Origin: Nymphaea colorata
Lineage: Eukaryota
Assembly (NCBI RefSeq): GCF_008831285.2
Contig: NC_045138.2
Coordinates: 41,354,001-41,418,000, forward strand
Reading direction: 5' to 3'
DNA length: 64,000 nt
A program made the position numbers and the translations under genes. The first letter of the stretch is position 1; every line of letters starts with the position of its first letter. Of this stretch, positions 40,113-53,674 are shown piece after piece. The notes under the pieces were generated by a model. That model saw only the letters and a list, made by a program, of their open reading frames with translations, was not told the DNA's origin and ran no database searches.

Positions 40113-42044
40113 CCCACCTGTAGGTTTAGCACGTTCCATATTTTAATGTTGAGTATCCTCATCCTGATAAATGTCATGCCAAGCATGTTAAGAGCTGTTT
40201 AACTGATTGTTCAAGTCTTCATGCATTAATTTCTGTATATCTCAGTTAACAATCTGTGGTTTATGTGTCTTCTATTCTTTCTTCGACTCATTTTTCCAAT
40301 ATTTTGGTCTTCTGCATGATAGCCTCATCTGTAAAGAGTTGAACTGTAGTTTTGTACGTTTAGCTGTTTGGCTAGATGTTACGAATTTAGTGTATGAAGT
40401 TCTGCTTTTATGGAAACCTGAAAATTTCATCAGGTTTGACTTTGTTTGCTGTCTTGGGGAAAAGCTGTGGCCGCAGAATTGATATCTCCGTCAGCAGTAC
40501 ACCATTGTATAGCATAGGTTTGGATTGTGGTTTGCTCCAATTTTGATCTCTGTGAGGCTAGATGTGTATAACAAAAGAATTACTGCCTCAAATCGGCATT
40601 TGATAAATAAATTATCAGCCAATGTCAGTGATAGATCTAATTTAATGGGCATGCCTTGCAGAAACTGATATAGTTTCAACTACTAATGGAACTTGCCCGG
40701 CAATGTAATTCTATTTTTCTGCTTGATGGAAGTCTGTTAGCAAGTAGTTTCAACTATCAGCTTCTTAGTTTGAATCTTCTCAGCTACTGGGTTCTTTTAT
40801 ATTTTTATTTGCAACTTCAAAATTTCTGAAACTTCTACCCACTAAGATATGAACACGTCATTTTTGCAGGGTTATCTACCTAACGTTTTTAGATGTTTTT
40901 GCTTTTTAAACATCGTTATTGATATCGTTGGGCGCCTAAGCCACATGGGTTCTTGGGAGTTGGGAGGCCCTCGGGTTCCAGTACCCACGGGTAGGGGGAC
41001 ACTTATGGGTCCGTTTTACTTATTTAACTTTTACATATTTATTTTTTAAGCAAATTTTGTTGTGTTGCTGTATTTCTGAGCCGCACATGAACTATGAAAT
41101 GACATAATTTGAGATATAAACAGGGTTTTGAGTTAATTTTGAATTTTTTAAATGTTGCACACACACACACGCACACATATGTATATATATGTGTGTGTGT
41201 ACCCTGTGCTACTTCATGTCTATATTTTCTAAAATTGCCGTGCTCAGACGACCTTCATGTTATGTGATTCAGGATTGGGCATATGTAAAATAATATCATA
41301 TCCTTCGTTTTTTAATACGATTGGACATGTCCAAGACAAAAACATAACTGTTCACATCCATTGAAAAGATTTATCTTCAAAACATTTATGTTATAAATCA
41401 ATCTTAAGTGGGCAACCAGTCTGCCAAAACAAATAGAGGTTCTGTGAAAATCTATTTTGAATTTCTTAGTTGAAAAAAAGCATATACAAAAATTAATATC
41501 TTAGTTGGGATAAAGATTGAGTTCTTAGATGGGATTAGGAAACAAATGAGTCTGGCTATAGATGTCTCAACTGTGGATCCCGGTGCTAAAAGGAAAAAAA
41601 AAAACAAACAGCAGTTTGTCCAAGAATCTGAATCTGTTCTTGGGAATGCCTTTCAGGCTCCATGGCTTCGATAAGAAAAAAAAAAAATATTTGGGTGTTT
41701 TACAAATAACCGTCCAACATATGGGAGTCTACATACGGCCGTTCATTCTGCTGCTAAAACTTTGTACATTCAACTAAGAGTTGGGATAGAAAATGATGAC
41801 TCCACCCTTTGACCATCTTGTGAATAGTTTCCCCCAATCGTTTTTCTCTTCTGTGCAAGCATCAGATTTAACACTCCCCAACCTTGATTCTTGCTCTCTC
41901 TCTACGTTTCTTCAATTGCTCACTTGAAAGCTGAACCAATTATCTAGTGACAACAAAAATAAACAGGTTCAAATAAAGCTCCACGCAATTGCAACCTCTA
42001 GTACCTCTAGTTTCATGTTTGATTAACTAAGTACTTAGTTTCAG

Positions 42045-42491
42045 TAGGGACGTTAATATATCTGATTCGGATTGAAGATTTGATGGAATAGTTCCGAAAA
42101 AAAAAATCAGCTATAGAAGAAAATTTTACTATCCAATTAAGAAATCTGATTAGAGTCAAATTCAAGAAATGACATTCGTTTGGATTTAGATTCGAATATA
42201 CATAGATATCTAATCGGATTCAAATTCAGATTAGGTTTAGTTTTAAACAAATATCATATATCCAATACTCTTACATTTAGAAAATATGCCGGATGCAGTT
42301 TAAATTTTGAAATTGAATTTGGATATAAATATAAAAAATAAATTTGAATCAGATTCAGTTTATGAAATCAGATTTCAAATTTGAATATGATTTTTTTTTG
42401 TTTATATTTGAATCCAAATATGTGGATATTTGAAAAGTGGATACAATTAACGGTATACCTTATTCAAATTCGATATGTTATCATCCCCTTA
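42045..42491. mobile_element. MITE (TAGGG-ended family), copy 2, inverted relative to copy 1
   Basis: Termini TAGGGACGTTAATATATC / GATATGTTATCATCCCCTTA; internal similarity to the reverse complement of 30889-31268. Confidence 0.75.
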
Positions 42492-42946
42492 GAATTTTAC
42501 AATGACAGGCGAGCCACGAGGTCTCTAGAAGAATCAGATGTAACGTTTGACCTTTCATTACCACCAGCTTGTTTCACCAAAATCGAGAGGGAAATAAGCA
42601 TAACCAAAGCTTGAAATTTGATCTCAAAGCGTAGATGATTCTTCTAAGAAAATAAAAATAGAGGCAGCAAGACTCTGGGTTTTGATTATTTATTAAGGAA
42701 ATTTTCATATTCGATCCTACTTTTTAACATAGTTTGAACGAAGGGACTATTTTTTGTGATTTTCTTAATAAGAAACGATACGATTCGTTTAGTTAGAAAC
42801 TTAGAACAGTTGCGGTTACGCTCCGGCTCGATTTGAACGTGGCATTCTGCAATTGAGGGAGGTGATTAGGATGTCGGTTTTGCATGTAGCTGGGCACGTA
42901 CTCTCCTCCTCTCACTTGCTGCCCACTTCTCTCTCTCTGTGAACCC

Positions 42947-45900
42947 ATGGATGCACAGAGCCTGTTGGCATCTGCGTCGATCAACATCGGCCTTGTGTTC
43001 ATCATCCTCGTACTGTTCTCCATATTCAAGAAGCAACCAGGGAATGCTGTCGTATATCGCGCTCGGATCATGTCGAGGGACGAGGCGGCCTTCCCCGCCT
43101 GCTACCAGGAAGACGCCTTCTCGTTCCGCAGGTTTCTTCCTTCTTTCGAGTGGGTAGGGCGGGCGTTTCGGGTAACAGAGGACGAGTTGATGAGGAACTG
43201 CGGCCTGGACGCCTTGGTGGTCATTAGACTCTTCAAATTTGGGTAGCCTTCTTTTGTTCTTTCCGGATGTTGTTGGTTTTTTTTCTTCCTTCTTGTTCTT
43301 CTGGGAATTTGGTGTTTGGGGCAAGAAGATTGTTGCTGTGTTTTCCCTTCTGGAACAGTTTCTTGAAGTTGGCTGAGGGGAAATTACTTCCAGCGATTAA
43401 GTATCACCTTAAGGTCTTTCAAATTTGATGGGACACAGACTTCGGTTTGTGTTCTGTAGTCGCAGAGATTTCTATCCGTCTTACAATTTTTTTCTGACTC
43501 TTTCATTCTTGGTCAATGGAAATCATTTGTTAGCTCATTGGTCATCACGTTTGATGGGCCTTTGCGGTACGGTCTCTTTCTTCTGATGGTAAAGAGGTTT
43601 GCCTTTCTTTTTTTCCTTGTCATGATCCATCGGTTTACGTTTCCTTTTTCTTGGTTCTGTTTCTTTTCCTATGTCTCTTCCTTCTTTTTTGCTGAATTCG
43701 AGTTTGATGGGTTTCGGATGTGGTTTGTGCTCTGTGTTTACATCTGCAAGTGAACTCTTTTCTTTCTTTCTTTCTGGATCAATGATTCTTGTTTTTTTCC
43801 CGTCAAATCCTTATTCTACTTTTGGAGTTCTCTCAACTAGCTTTCCTGCTGTATATATGCAATCGCATTGTAGCCTTGGAAACCCTGTGTGCGTCATTTA
43901 TAGTGCTGTCTTAAAAAAAAAAAACATAATTTATGCATGAGATATTCTCATGTTTGCAGTAAGCATGTTTTTTGGATCGTTCTGTATGGAACTATGATTG
44001 ACCATATTTACCTTTTTCTGCCTTTTCTTCTTCAGCATAAAGCTTTTTGTGCCGTGTTCAGTAGTCGGATTACTGGTGCTTGTGCCTGTTAATTGCACAA
44101 GTCAAGAGAGATCCTCCAGCATCACCCTTTCATATTCGATTGATTCTTTTACCATATCGAATATTGGAAGAGGATCTAATAGGTAATACTTTCTTGGGTT
44201 ATATGAATGTTAACAAGAATTATTATGCCTTATGATTTCCTGAAAAACATTGTCCTCCACGCGTTACTAGTTGGTTAACTACTTTTCAATTCACAAATTG
44301 TTACTTTAATCTTGAGTAGGTTTTGTTCCGTTGCAATGGTGAACTACACAATTTGTGACTTGTACGTGAAGATGAAGGAAAACCGATGCCATACACTGAT
44401 CATTATCGGTTGATTCTTTTGCTGCATAATTGTCGGGGCTCTTTCCTTGCCGGGATTCTTTTCATTTTAGTGATTTTTTTTATGTCATATGCTTCTTTTC
44501 ATCAGATAGTACTTTTAAGTCTTTGACCAACAATTTCCCAGCTTTCTTTAGTAGAATGCATCTCAATCATTGATTAAATAGGCCATTTTCATCAATCAGT
44601 TTAGGAAAACATAAAAAGAAAAGTACTTACTTTGACATGGAATAAGACCGGGCAGAGCCAAATGTGGTTTTGTGTGGCAGTCGCCCACACGGTCCACAAA
44701 AATTTATGGATTTACATATTCTTTAGCCCCAACTGTTTGCTTATTATACATTAGTGCCCCTCAAGCATTTATTGTTTATTCTATTTGTGGACTGTGATGC
44801 CCCTCAAGCATTTATTATTTATTCTATTTGTGGACTGTGATGCCCCTCAATCATGTTATTATGTATTTGAAAGGTCTAACATTTTTTGAATTAGTGCCCC
44901 TTAGCAAAAAGTTTTTGGCTGCGCCGCTAGAATAAAGGGAGTATGTGGGAAAACTTGTAGTCAATTTTCCTCTTAGAACTAAAGTAGTGGACATTTAGGA
45001 TCAAATTAAGAGTATGAATCTGTCTGTTTGAAATGTTTTTTTTTCTTATTAGATAACTCCATCTATGAACCTTTTTCATCTTCAGAAAAAAGGAGATTCA
45101 TATCATATTACTGTTTTAAACTCTTTAAATGGAAAATCATGGGCATTCCTAAGACCAACTTATGTTAGTCAACCAACTGATGGGATGTATATACATCGAA
45201 AGTGAGATTCTTCTGATGATTTCCAGATCAATTAGGAACTCTTGCACTTCTTACCATTTTTTTCGAATGGCAAATGATACCGCATCTTCAGTTCTCTAAA
45301 TTCACAAGATTGATCTTCTATGGCAGGCTTTGGGTGCACTTTTCCTGCTTGTATGTTGTGTCCTTATATGCTCTGTACCTTTTATACCAGGTAACATCTG
45401 GAACTCTTTGATGCATGCCAATCAGCATTATCACTGAGAGACTATGTCATGAATGAGAGGATTGATCGTACATTAAATAGCCTTGTTTGTTTCTTTTTGC
45501 AAACTAATTATTTTTCTCAATTCATCTACAGATGTTTTACCTCTTGTTCAAGTGATGCGGGAATACATATTCAATTGTTGCATTACTGCTTTCCAGTGCA
45601 TTTTTCCGTTGCATAATATTGTTGAAGATCTGGAATTAATTAGATGGATATAAAAATTACATAAAAGAATTTTCTATTGCGTCCACTATATTATTTTTTA
45701 TTGTCACAGGATGTTAATCATACTACTTGTTAAAGCTCAATGAGGGGCAATTTTGCAAGCTAACATCACTTTTAATATTTTCTGACAATGACATAGACTC
45801 GTTACCTAGCTATAATGATTTCTAATGTTGTATAAGGTATTTAGGTCAATAAATTGTCATGTACATGGCATATAAATGAAGTTTCGGAAAGGGCATGGGT

Positions 45901-48900
45901 TTTGGTAATTCTTGTAAGAATGAGCTAGGCGATGTCATTAATCGTAATTAGCTCTGCATTCTAATAAATAATAACCCCCTCTCTCTCTCTCAAGTTATTG
46001 CAACTTTCCTTACAATGCTTTTGGTATAGAGATATGGGTACCATTAATTATTTTATATTTTAAAATTCTTTTAATATATATTTTTGCCTGTAAATATTGG
46101 TCTTCAACATTGAAGATTTTAGTTAGGAGCAATCTTGGCTTATTAATGTCAAAAAAGGAAGTTGCTAATCTGAACTAATTAGGTCAACCTTAGTTGAGCT
46201 TGGACTATACGATCTTGGAAAATGGTAAAAAAGAATTTTCTTCAAAGATTCTCCCATATACATGCCGTTTTGTGGTTTATATAAAGCAGGATCATGCAGT
46301 ATGTTTACTTCTAGTAAAACCACAAGTTGCCATTGCATGCTGCTCTGTGAACTTAATGTGTCTAAAATGAAAAAATTGTAAAATACACTTGCAAAGATGG
46401 TATAATAGTTGTTTCTCTATAATGATTTGTGTTGTTAAAGGCATTCCAGGCAGTGGTCATTGCCTAGGCTGAACGGCTCTCGGCAATGAGACCATATATG
46501 ATGGTTAGGATGTTGCCTGGGCAGGCCCAGGCATGCCTAATCGACTTGACTCCTAGGTTTTCCATGTTAAAAGTAAAAACCTACTTTTGAATTCTTCTTC
46601 TCATGCCACCTTTTGTTTCTTTTCTTCTTCCTTGTTCTTGTTTTCATCTTCTTTTCTTCTTCTTTCTTATCACGGTATCGTACTCTTCTTCTTTCATCTT
46701 CATTTTTCTTCCACCTTTCTTTTGTCCTTCTTTTTCTCCTCCTTTTCCTGATATCATTTTTTTTTTCTTTTTCTTCTTCCTTTTTCATTTCTGCTTCTTC
46801 ATCTTTTCTTGTTACGGAGAAATATCTGAATTTGCTTCTTCAAGTTCAACGTTACATTAGTTTCTATTTTTTTAACAATTAAACGCCTAGTCCCACCTAG
46901 ATGTGCCTAGGCTCCACCTAAAGCAGTTATGCAACCTTGAGTATGATTGTCTATATTCAGTTACATGTGTCTCCAGCAAACACATCGACCACCCTTTTCT
47001 ATATTTAATGTAGGTTGTCTGTTTGATCTTTAGGTTCCATTAATTATTTGTTTATAAGAATTTATGTGGAAAAAATTACACTTGATATTATCCTCGTGGA
47101 AGAAAAAATGCATTTGTGAAAAATGTTTTGTATAGAAACTTTGCAAACTTTTCCTATCCACTGTTGAATTTCCCTATTTTTGAGTGTTTTGATTTTCTAT
47201 TGCATTACTTTTTTTGCCTAGGAGTACAGATCATTGCTGAAAAGGCGGATTCAGCAGCTTTACATCATTAAGCACAGGCCTGATCTATTCACCATCCTTG
47301 TTCGTGGAGTGCCATTTTGCAGTGAACACAATGACCATGGGTGTTCTGTGGATCATTTTTTCTCTAAACATTATCCTCATGCATACAATTCATACCAAGT
47401 GGTTTATGATGAACAAAATTTTGAGGAGGTGACTGTAAGCTTTTCCTTTTATCTATTCAGATGTTGAAAGTAGCATGAAATGGACACTTTTTTTGTTTAT
47501 ATTTTTAAAGAAGACAAGTGTAAACATAGTAGGTGATTTCAAAATAAGTAAGCACAGACAAAATAACTAGCCTGAAAATTTCAATATTTGGTGGTGTTGA
47601 AAAGGTGCAGCAGGTAGAGCAGGACATTATTACTTGGCTATTGGATGATGTTGGGAGTTGGGACAAAGGAAAAAAGGGAAAAAACAGATAATTCATGTGA
47701 CTAGGTGTGTGGCAGAGAATGAGTTACCCCACATAGAATTGGAACGATATTAAAGTACAGAGGGAAGAATTCCAAAGCATAAATCATGGGGTACTTAGTG
47801 TAGTCTTTCTCTCTCCCTTTCCCTGTGTGTGTGGGTGTGTATGTGTTTCCCTGTATTTGTGGAAGAAGCTCAAACATGCCCCTCAACCCCCTGAAAAAGG
47901 GAAAAAAGGACACAAAATAAGCCGACTATGTGAAAGGTATATCTTCCTTTGAAGTGGTAAATATTCATCTCTTTCAAGAAAAAAACAAGATCAAATGTCA
48001 GAGCAATTATGTAGTTATTGTCTGCCTTTGGACGGCTGAATAGAGTAGACTGCGGATCAATTTGTATGTCAGATATTATGTGTCTAAATTTCTTAAAGTG
48101 AGATGTCTAACATCTCGAGTGCTCTACCTATTTCATGTTGCTGCACCTAAATAACTCCATTATTTGTAACGTGTTTTTATGACCATGTGCAATGTAGACT
48201 GGATGCTTTACTGGTGCATGACCTTATTGTGCTCTACCGTAATATTCTTCTAATAATCCTCTGTTTTGTTAGGAGCTACCGGCTGCATTTGTGTCATTTA
48301 ATTCACGGCAAGGTGCTGCATTGGCCTCACAAACACAGCAACATGAAGATCCACTTTTATGGATCACTGAACCAGCTCCAGAACCAAGAGATGTGCTATG
48401 GAATAATCTTGCTGTGCCATATGGCTATTTGATAGTCCACAGGCTTCTTGCTGTTGTAGTTGCTTCAGTTCTTACCATATTTTTTGCCATTCCAGTAACT
48501 GCAGTTCAAGGGATTGCACAATTAGAGAACATTAAGAAATGGTTTCCACCAGCCCGAGCTATACAATTAATGTAAGGGTTGCAAACATCTGTCTCAGACA
48601 CAGGCACTCAATGCACACAAAGTGTGTCTGTGATGATTATGATGCATATTCTTGATCTGTAATGGAATTTCAAGATTTATAGGTGATATGGGAAGAAAAA
48701 TAAGATGCTAAACAATGATTTTTTTAGGGAAACTAAGAAATAAATGGAAATAATGAAGTGTGGAGCATAATCTTGAAAATCTTCATCAACAGTCATTCGG
48801 GGACATAAAAAAACATCAAATGCTTTTGAATTGGGTGCTATTTTATACATTTTCTCTTTTCATAACTTGCTTCGTAAATCCCATGTACCTACACTTTATG

Positions 48901-51900
48901 TTGACTATCTTTACGTACTGGTTGCTCTCATTTTACTGACAGCATTTGCCTTTTATGGCCTGTCTTATGTTATCTGGCAGCATGGAATGATTAGATATTG
49001 TTAAAAGTAGTGATTGTATATTGTATGGCAGCTATTTACTTGTCCTGCTCCTTGGAATAGGCATTTTTCTAATGTCATTTTGATTTCTTCCAGACCTGGA
49101 CTGAGCTCAATTGTGACTGGGTGTCTTCCAAGTTTCATACTCAACAGCTTCATATATGCTGTTCCTTATGCTATGCTCGGAATCTGTGGCCTACAATGCT
49201 GTGTTTCGAGAAGCAAAAAAGAGATGAAAACTTGCAGCATGGTCTTCTATTTCTTACTGGGAAATGTGTTCTTTTTGAGCTTATTGTCCGGGTCCTTACT
49301 AGAGCAAATTGGAGAATCATTTGCTCACCCTAAGAGTTTTCCAAACCACCTTGCTACTGCTGTTTCTTCTCAGGTGAGCTCTGTCAAAAGTTGTAGTATG
49401 TTCACTAAAAACTTTACTTCTCAGATATACCATACAGTGAAAGGACAATACAAGAAAATAACTGAACATTGCTGCTAATTTAGAATTATGTACACCTAAT
49501 TTTGTTCTGCATGTCCTGCATTACTCGCCATCATAAAGGTAGCAGCTGTTAGGTTTGACCTAATCGAGACCTGTGTCAGGTTCGGTCTGGAAGAAACATA
49601 TGGAACTTAATTATTTTTAGGTCAATGTTGTGTTGACGTATGGCTATGTTTTGAGAGTGAATATTTTTATACCAGAACCGGGTTTGGGAAGTTCTTTTCT
49701 TTTGCTTGGAGAGACCGGTAGGTGGGAGAAATCGGCTTGTGTAAATATTTAGGAATATATGGAGATTAGTGCAATTTCAGTTAGCAGTTTATTTGTGTTT
49801 ATACTTTGGATTTTTCACTCTAGTAGACAACATATTTGATATACAACATGCACACATATACACAGATCACAGATCTGTGCATGCACAGTATGCAGAATTT
49901 TCGATATTCATAAAGCTTCTTTAAAGATTTGGAAAATAGTTGAGAAATATATGGAGAATAATGCAATTTCAGTTAGCAGTTCTTGTATTCAATTTCAGTT
50001 AGCAGTTTATTTGTACTTATACTTTGGATTTCTGTCACTCTAGTAGTCAACCTATTTGATATACAGCATGCCCACATATACACAGATCACAGATCTGTGC
50101 ATGCACAGTATGCAGAATTTTCGATATTCATCAACCTTCTTTAAAGATTTGGAAGTTTTCTGGCTACGGTTATACACCTAAGATATTGGAAGGCATAATC
50201 TAGCAAGGAACTGCCGAATCTCCAATCACCAATGAAGAAGGGAAAAAAAAAAAAAACAAAGTTTAGGAGAAAAAGAAAAAAAAAAACTGCGTTAACATGT
50301 CTGGTTAGATTCTTTTATGCTATTCTGGAATAGTTGCACTTCAGAAAAGATAACTTTCTATAGTTATGCAGTATATGACAATGACAGATGTTCACACTCC
50401 TCTCTCAAAATCCGGCTGCCAGAGGGGCTGGGTTGACTGTAAAGCAATTCATTCTTCACATTTCTTATTTTTTCCTCTTTTCAGGCAGACTTCTTTATAA
50501 CATACATTCTGACTGATGGGCTTTCTGGTTTCTCTCTGGAAATTCTTCAGCTTTGTCTGCTTGTGTGGCATTTTATTCGTTCTGGTTCTTTTGGCCGAGA
50601 AACTCAGAAAGAACCTTATCTCTACTCACTGCCTTATTATCGAGTTATTCCATCTGTTTGCATTTGCATATTAATTGGAATGGTCTATGCAGTCGTTGCT
50701 CCGTTTTTACTTCCATTTCTAGTCGTCTATTTACTCCTTGGTTACGTGGTTTACATCAATCAGGTATGCTTCCATTTCCCAGTGTGCTAGGTTTGCTTAA
50801 TGTTTATAATTTGTCTAGGATACCTAAGAGAAGGAAAAAAGATTTAAGTTCAGCCGATGATGTCTTCTATTGCTTGCAAAAGAGTTATAAAAAAATTAGG
50901 AAAATATGTTTTCCATCCATACTCATTATTTAGGGGAATGAATGATAACAGGGTCATACATGGTATGTTCAATTACATGGTGCTGTCTTACAGCAGAAAT
51001 TTCTTTGACGTGCCCACCTCAATGTGGATATGTGTAACTTTAATTGTGTTGTTTTCTTCCAAAATGGCGTGGTTATTAAATTCATTGGCTCATGAACGCT
51101 TGCAATTTTTCTGAAATTTAGTGGGTGAATTTGATAATGTAATTGGTTCATTCTCTTGGTCAACCTAATTACCTGCTTGTCTTGTGTTGATTGTAGTCAT
51201 CATGCATGTCTCTATTTTTTTCTGATGTTACTCTCTCGCAACTTCTGGAGATATCTGAAGAATGATCTAGGTTTTACTTTTCAGGTTCATGTTTCATATG
51301 ACTTCCTTTACGCATTTTATTTTCTGCTACATTTCTCAAAAGTCTTTGAATTTAGCTTGGTTTTTTCTCTCATTCCTTCTCCACTTCAAAGTGTCAAAAC
51401 TTCGATGCTTTGCTCCCACGGAGAAAACTTGCTCCTATGTACGTTAAAGCCAGCTATATCTTTTCCTGTTTCTTGCATGAATGTTGAATTTTTTCTTGGG
51501 TCCTCTCGTTTATTTGAAATTTCTTCTCTCTTTTACAGAAAACTCTTTCCTAACTTACGCTCTCTCTAATACATTTTAGGCTAATATAGTCATCTGAGCT
51601 TCTGATACTGCAATTGAATAGACTTAACCCGTTTGTTCAATAACTTATCTTTTAAGAATCTGCCTACTAGTTTCACAGTCCACATCTTGGTCATGCAGCT
51701 GTAACTACTGCACCTATATCACCTTGAAATATTTAGTAAAAATACAATTTGTGAAGAATTTTAGCCTTACTCTTCAAGACGAGAGCAATTAGTGTATGAC
51801 TTGTGATAATGGTCATCCTCCTAGTTCTAGTCTGGGAGGAACGGCCGATACAAGGTTTCATGTACTAGAGATTGGTTGTGGAGGATGTTTTAGGCTTTTA

Positions 51901-52716
51901 GCCTTTGGCACCACTTGATTCAGAGTACAGTGCTTCTCTTCACAGTCTTTAATTGGGAATCACCTCCCTTATGTGAGAGTCAGTGTCTGTCAACAATGAA
52001 CTTTATTTGTAGTCTCATGATTGTTCACTACAATGTTGTTCCATGATTTTCTTGATTTAAAGCGTTAATTGTATTGGCTATTAGTCCTGCTTGATTGTTT
52101 GTTCTCTTACAGATACAGGATGTATATCAAACAACTTACGAGACTTGTGGTCAGTATTGGCCACATATTCACAATTATATCGTCATTGCCATTGTTCTTA
52201 TGCAAGTCACAATGATTGGGCTTTTTGGGTTGAAGTCAAAGCCAACCGCAACGATTTTAACAATACCTCTTTTAGTGCTCACTCTATTGTTCAACGAGTA
52301 TTGCAAAATATGCTTTCGTCCAACATTTTACAGATACTCAGTTCAGGTAAGTATTTTTCTTTGTTCACTGATGGTAGTGAAAGTATCGAGATGCTATAAT
52401 AAATTAATAATCCATGAACATTGATTGGACTAGTACATATTCAAACATGTAGACGAATGTGTGTGTTTCACTCCAAGCAAACTCGCTGCTGACTGTCTTG
52501 TGGTATGATAGATCATGAGAAATGATGTTTGCTTTTTCTTAGAATGCTATGGAGAATGATGAGCTTGATGAGAAGGAAGGTACAATGGAAGCCCACAAGG
52601 AGATGGCAATCAAAAGTTATAGGCAGCCTTTTTTGAGATGCACACATTTGGAATCAGCGGATTCAAGTACCACAGAGCCATTGGTCTCTTCAAAACGGAG
52701 TCTCAAAAATGTATAA
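42947..52716 (+). CDS. OSCA: OSCA/CSC1-like hyperosmolality-gated cation channel, most like OSCA2.5 (At3g54510 type)
   Basis: Exons 42947-43242, 44036-44182, 45327-45390, 47222-47434, 48273-48571, 49094-49373, 50485-50763, 52113-52346, 52543-52716 (661 aa). Motifs: SLLASASINIGL, GLDALV, FTILVRGVP, ELPAAFVSF, APEPRDVLW, QADFFITYILTDG, YETCGQYWP. Confidence 0.9.
44648..44929. mobile_element. hAT-like MITE in OSCA intron 2 with an internal 43-bp tandem duplication
   Basis: Imperfect inverted ends CCGGGCAGAGCCA / TGGCTGCGCCGCTA; flanks GAATAAGA / GAATAAAG resemble an 8-bp TSD; repeat at ~44755-44850. Confidence 0.6.
46440..46939. mobile_element. Possible CCTAGG-rich non-autonomous element with a TTC-rich core
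   Basis: GCCTAGG/CCTAG motifs on both sides of a pyrimidine-rich low-complexity tract; right end ATGCAACCTTG. Left end unclear. Confidence 0.35.
49745..50154. repeat. Tandem duplication, 2 x ~200 bp, in OSCA intron 6
   Basis: Both units contain CACATATACACAGATCACAGATCTGTGCATGCACAGTATGCAGAATTTTCGATATTCAT and end CTTCTTTAAAGATTTGGAA. Confidence 0.9.
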
Positions 52717-53031
52717 TAAATTAATAACGCATTACTAGTGATTGGATTAATACATATTTAAACATGCATACAAATGTGTGCATATTTCACTCCAAGCAAA
52801 TTCTACTGCTGGCTGTCTTGTGGTAAGATAACTTATGGGAAATAATGTTTGCTTGCTCTTAGGATGCGATAGAGAGTGATGAGCCTGATGAGAAGGGTGG
52901 GGCAGTGGAAGCGGCTCTTAGGGACAGTGGAAGCAGGCAGCAATCGAGACTTGCGGACAGCCTTGTTTGAGATCTGCACATTTTTACCGGCAGATTCAAG
53001 CACGACACGTCCACTGGCCTCTTCAACATGA
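52712..53031 (+). pseudogene. Tandem duplicate of the OSCA last intron end and terminal exon (possible alternative last exon)
   Basis: Repeats 52395-52711 with a 317-bp period. Intact CTTAG acceptor at 52862; reads DAIESDEPDEKGGAVEA.. then shifts frame to stop at 52968-52970. Confidence 0.85.
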
Positions 53032-53513
53032 AGTCGATATTTTGTAGGCAAGTTTTTATTTATCTCAAATTCACATCAATATATTGTGGGAACCCAGTTT
53101 AAGGGTGACATAATAAGTTGAGAAATTTGGCTTACTGGCATGATAATTGCTGCTCTTTCTCTCTCTCTCTCCCCCCCCCCTCCTTTCCTTGTCATCAATA
53201 GGTCTGTGCCCAATAAGGAAAAGGAAACTCAGATCTACCTATGTACTTGTACACATTAAAGATAATAATGTAAACCTTTTTCATGGTCCAAATACGTACT
53301 AACTGCTTTTTTGGTAGAGACTTTGTCATCATATTTGCAATTTTACAGGGTTCTTTTCAGTATGAATCTTTTCAAACTGCATCAAATTTTGTTCAGACAC
53401 CTCTCATGTATAACGGTACTTTACATTAACATGTTTGGTTCTTTGCTTCCTATTGAATAAAGTGGATAGAGGCCTAACCCACAGCCACTGTGTTTTCGAG
53501 AATGTGTATTTAA

Positions 53514-53674
53514 GAGGCCGTTTGACAACAAAGACACTTCGTGACTTTCTTATGAATTTGCTAAAAAATTGAAGCATGTTTATCGGACACTAGAGCTATT
53601 GTTTCATAAACTTGCTCCAATATTTGAGACAGATTTATGGGACAGTTACAAGGTGTCTGTTATCAAACTGCCTC
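53514..53674. mobile_element. Tourist (PIF/Harbinger) MITE, 161 bp
   Basis: TIRs GAGGCCGTTTGACAACA / TGTTATCAAACTGCCTC with TAA target duplication on both sides. Confidence 0.85.

Noticed and set aside
46567..46882. Lys/Glu/Arg-rich and Phe-rich ORFs
   Set aside because: Translations of a TTC low-complexity tract inside an intron.
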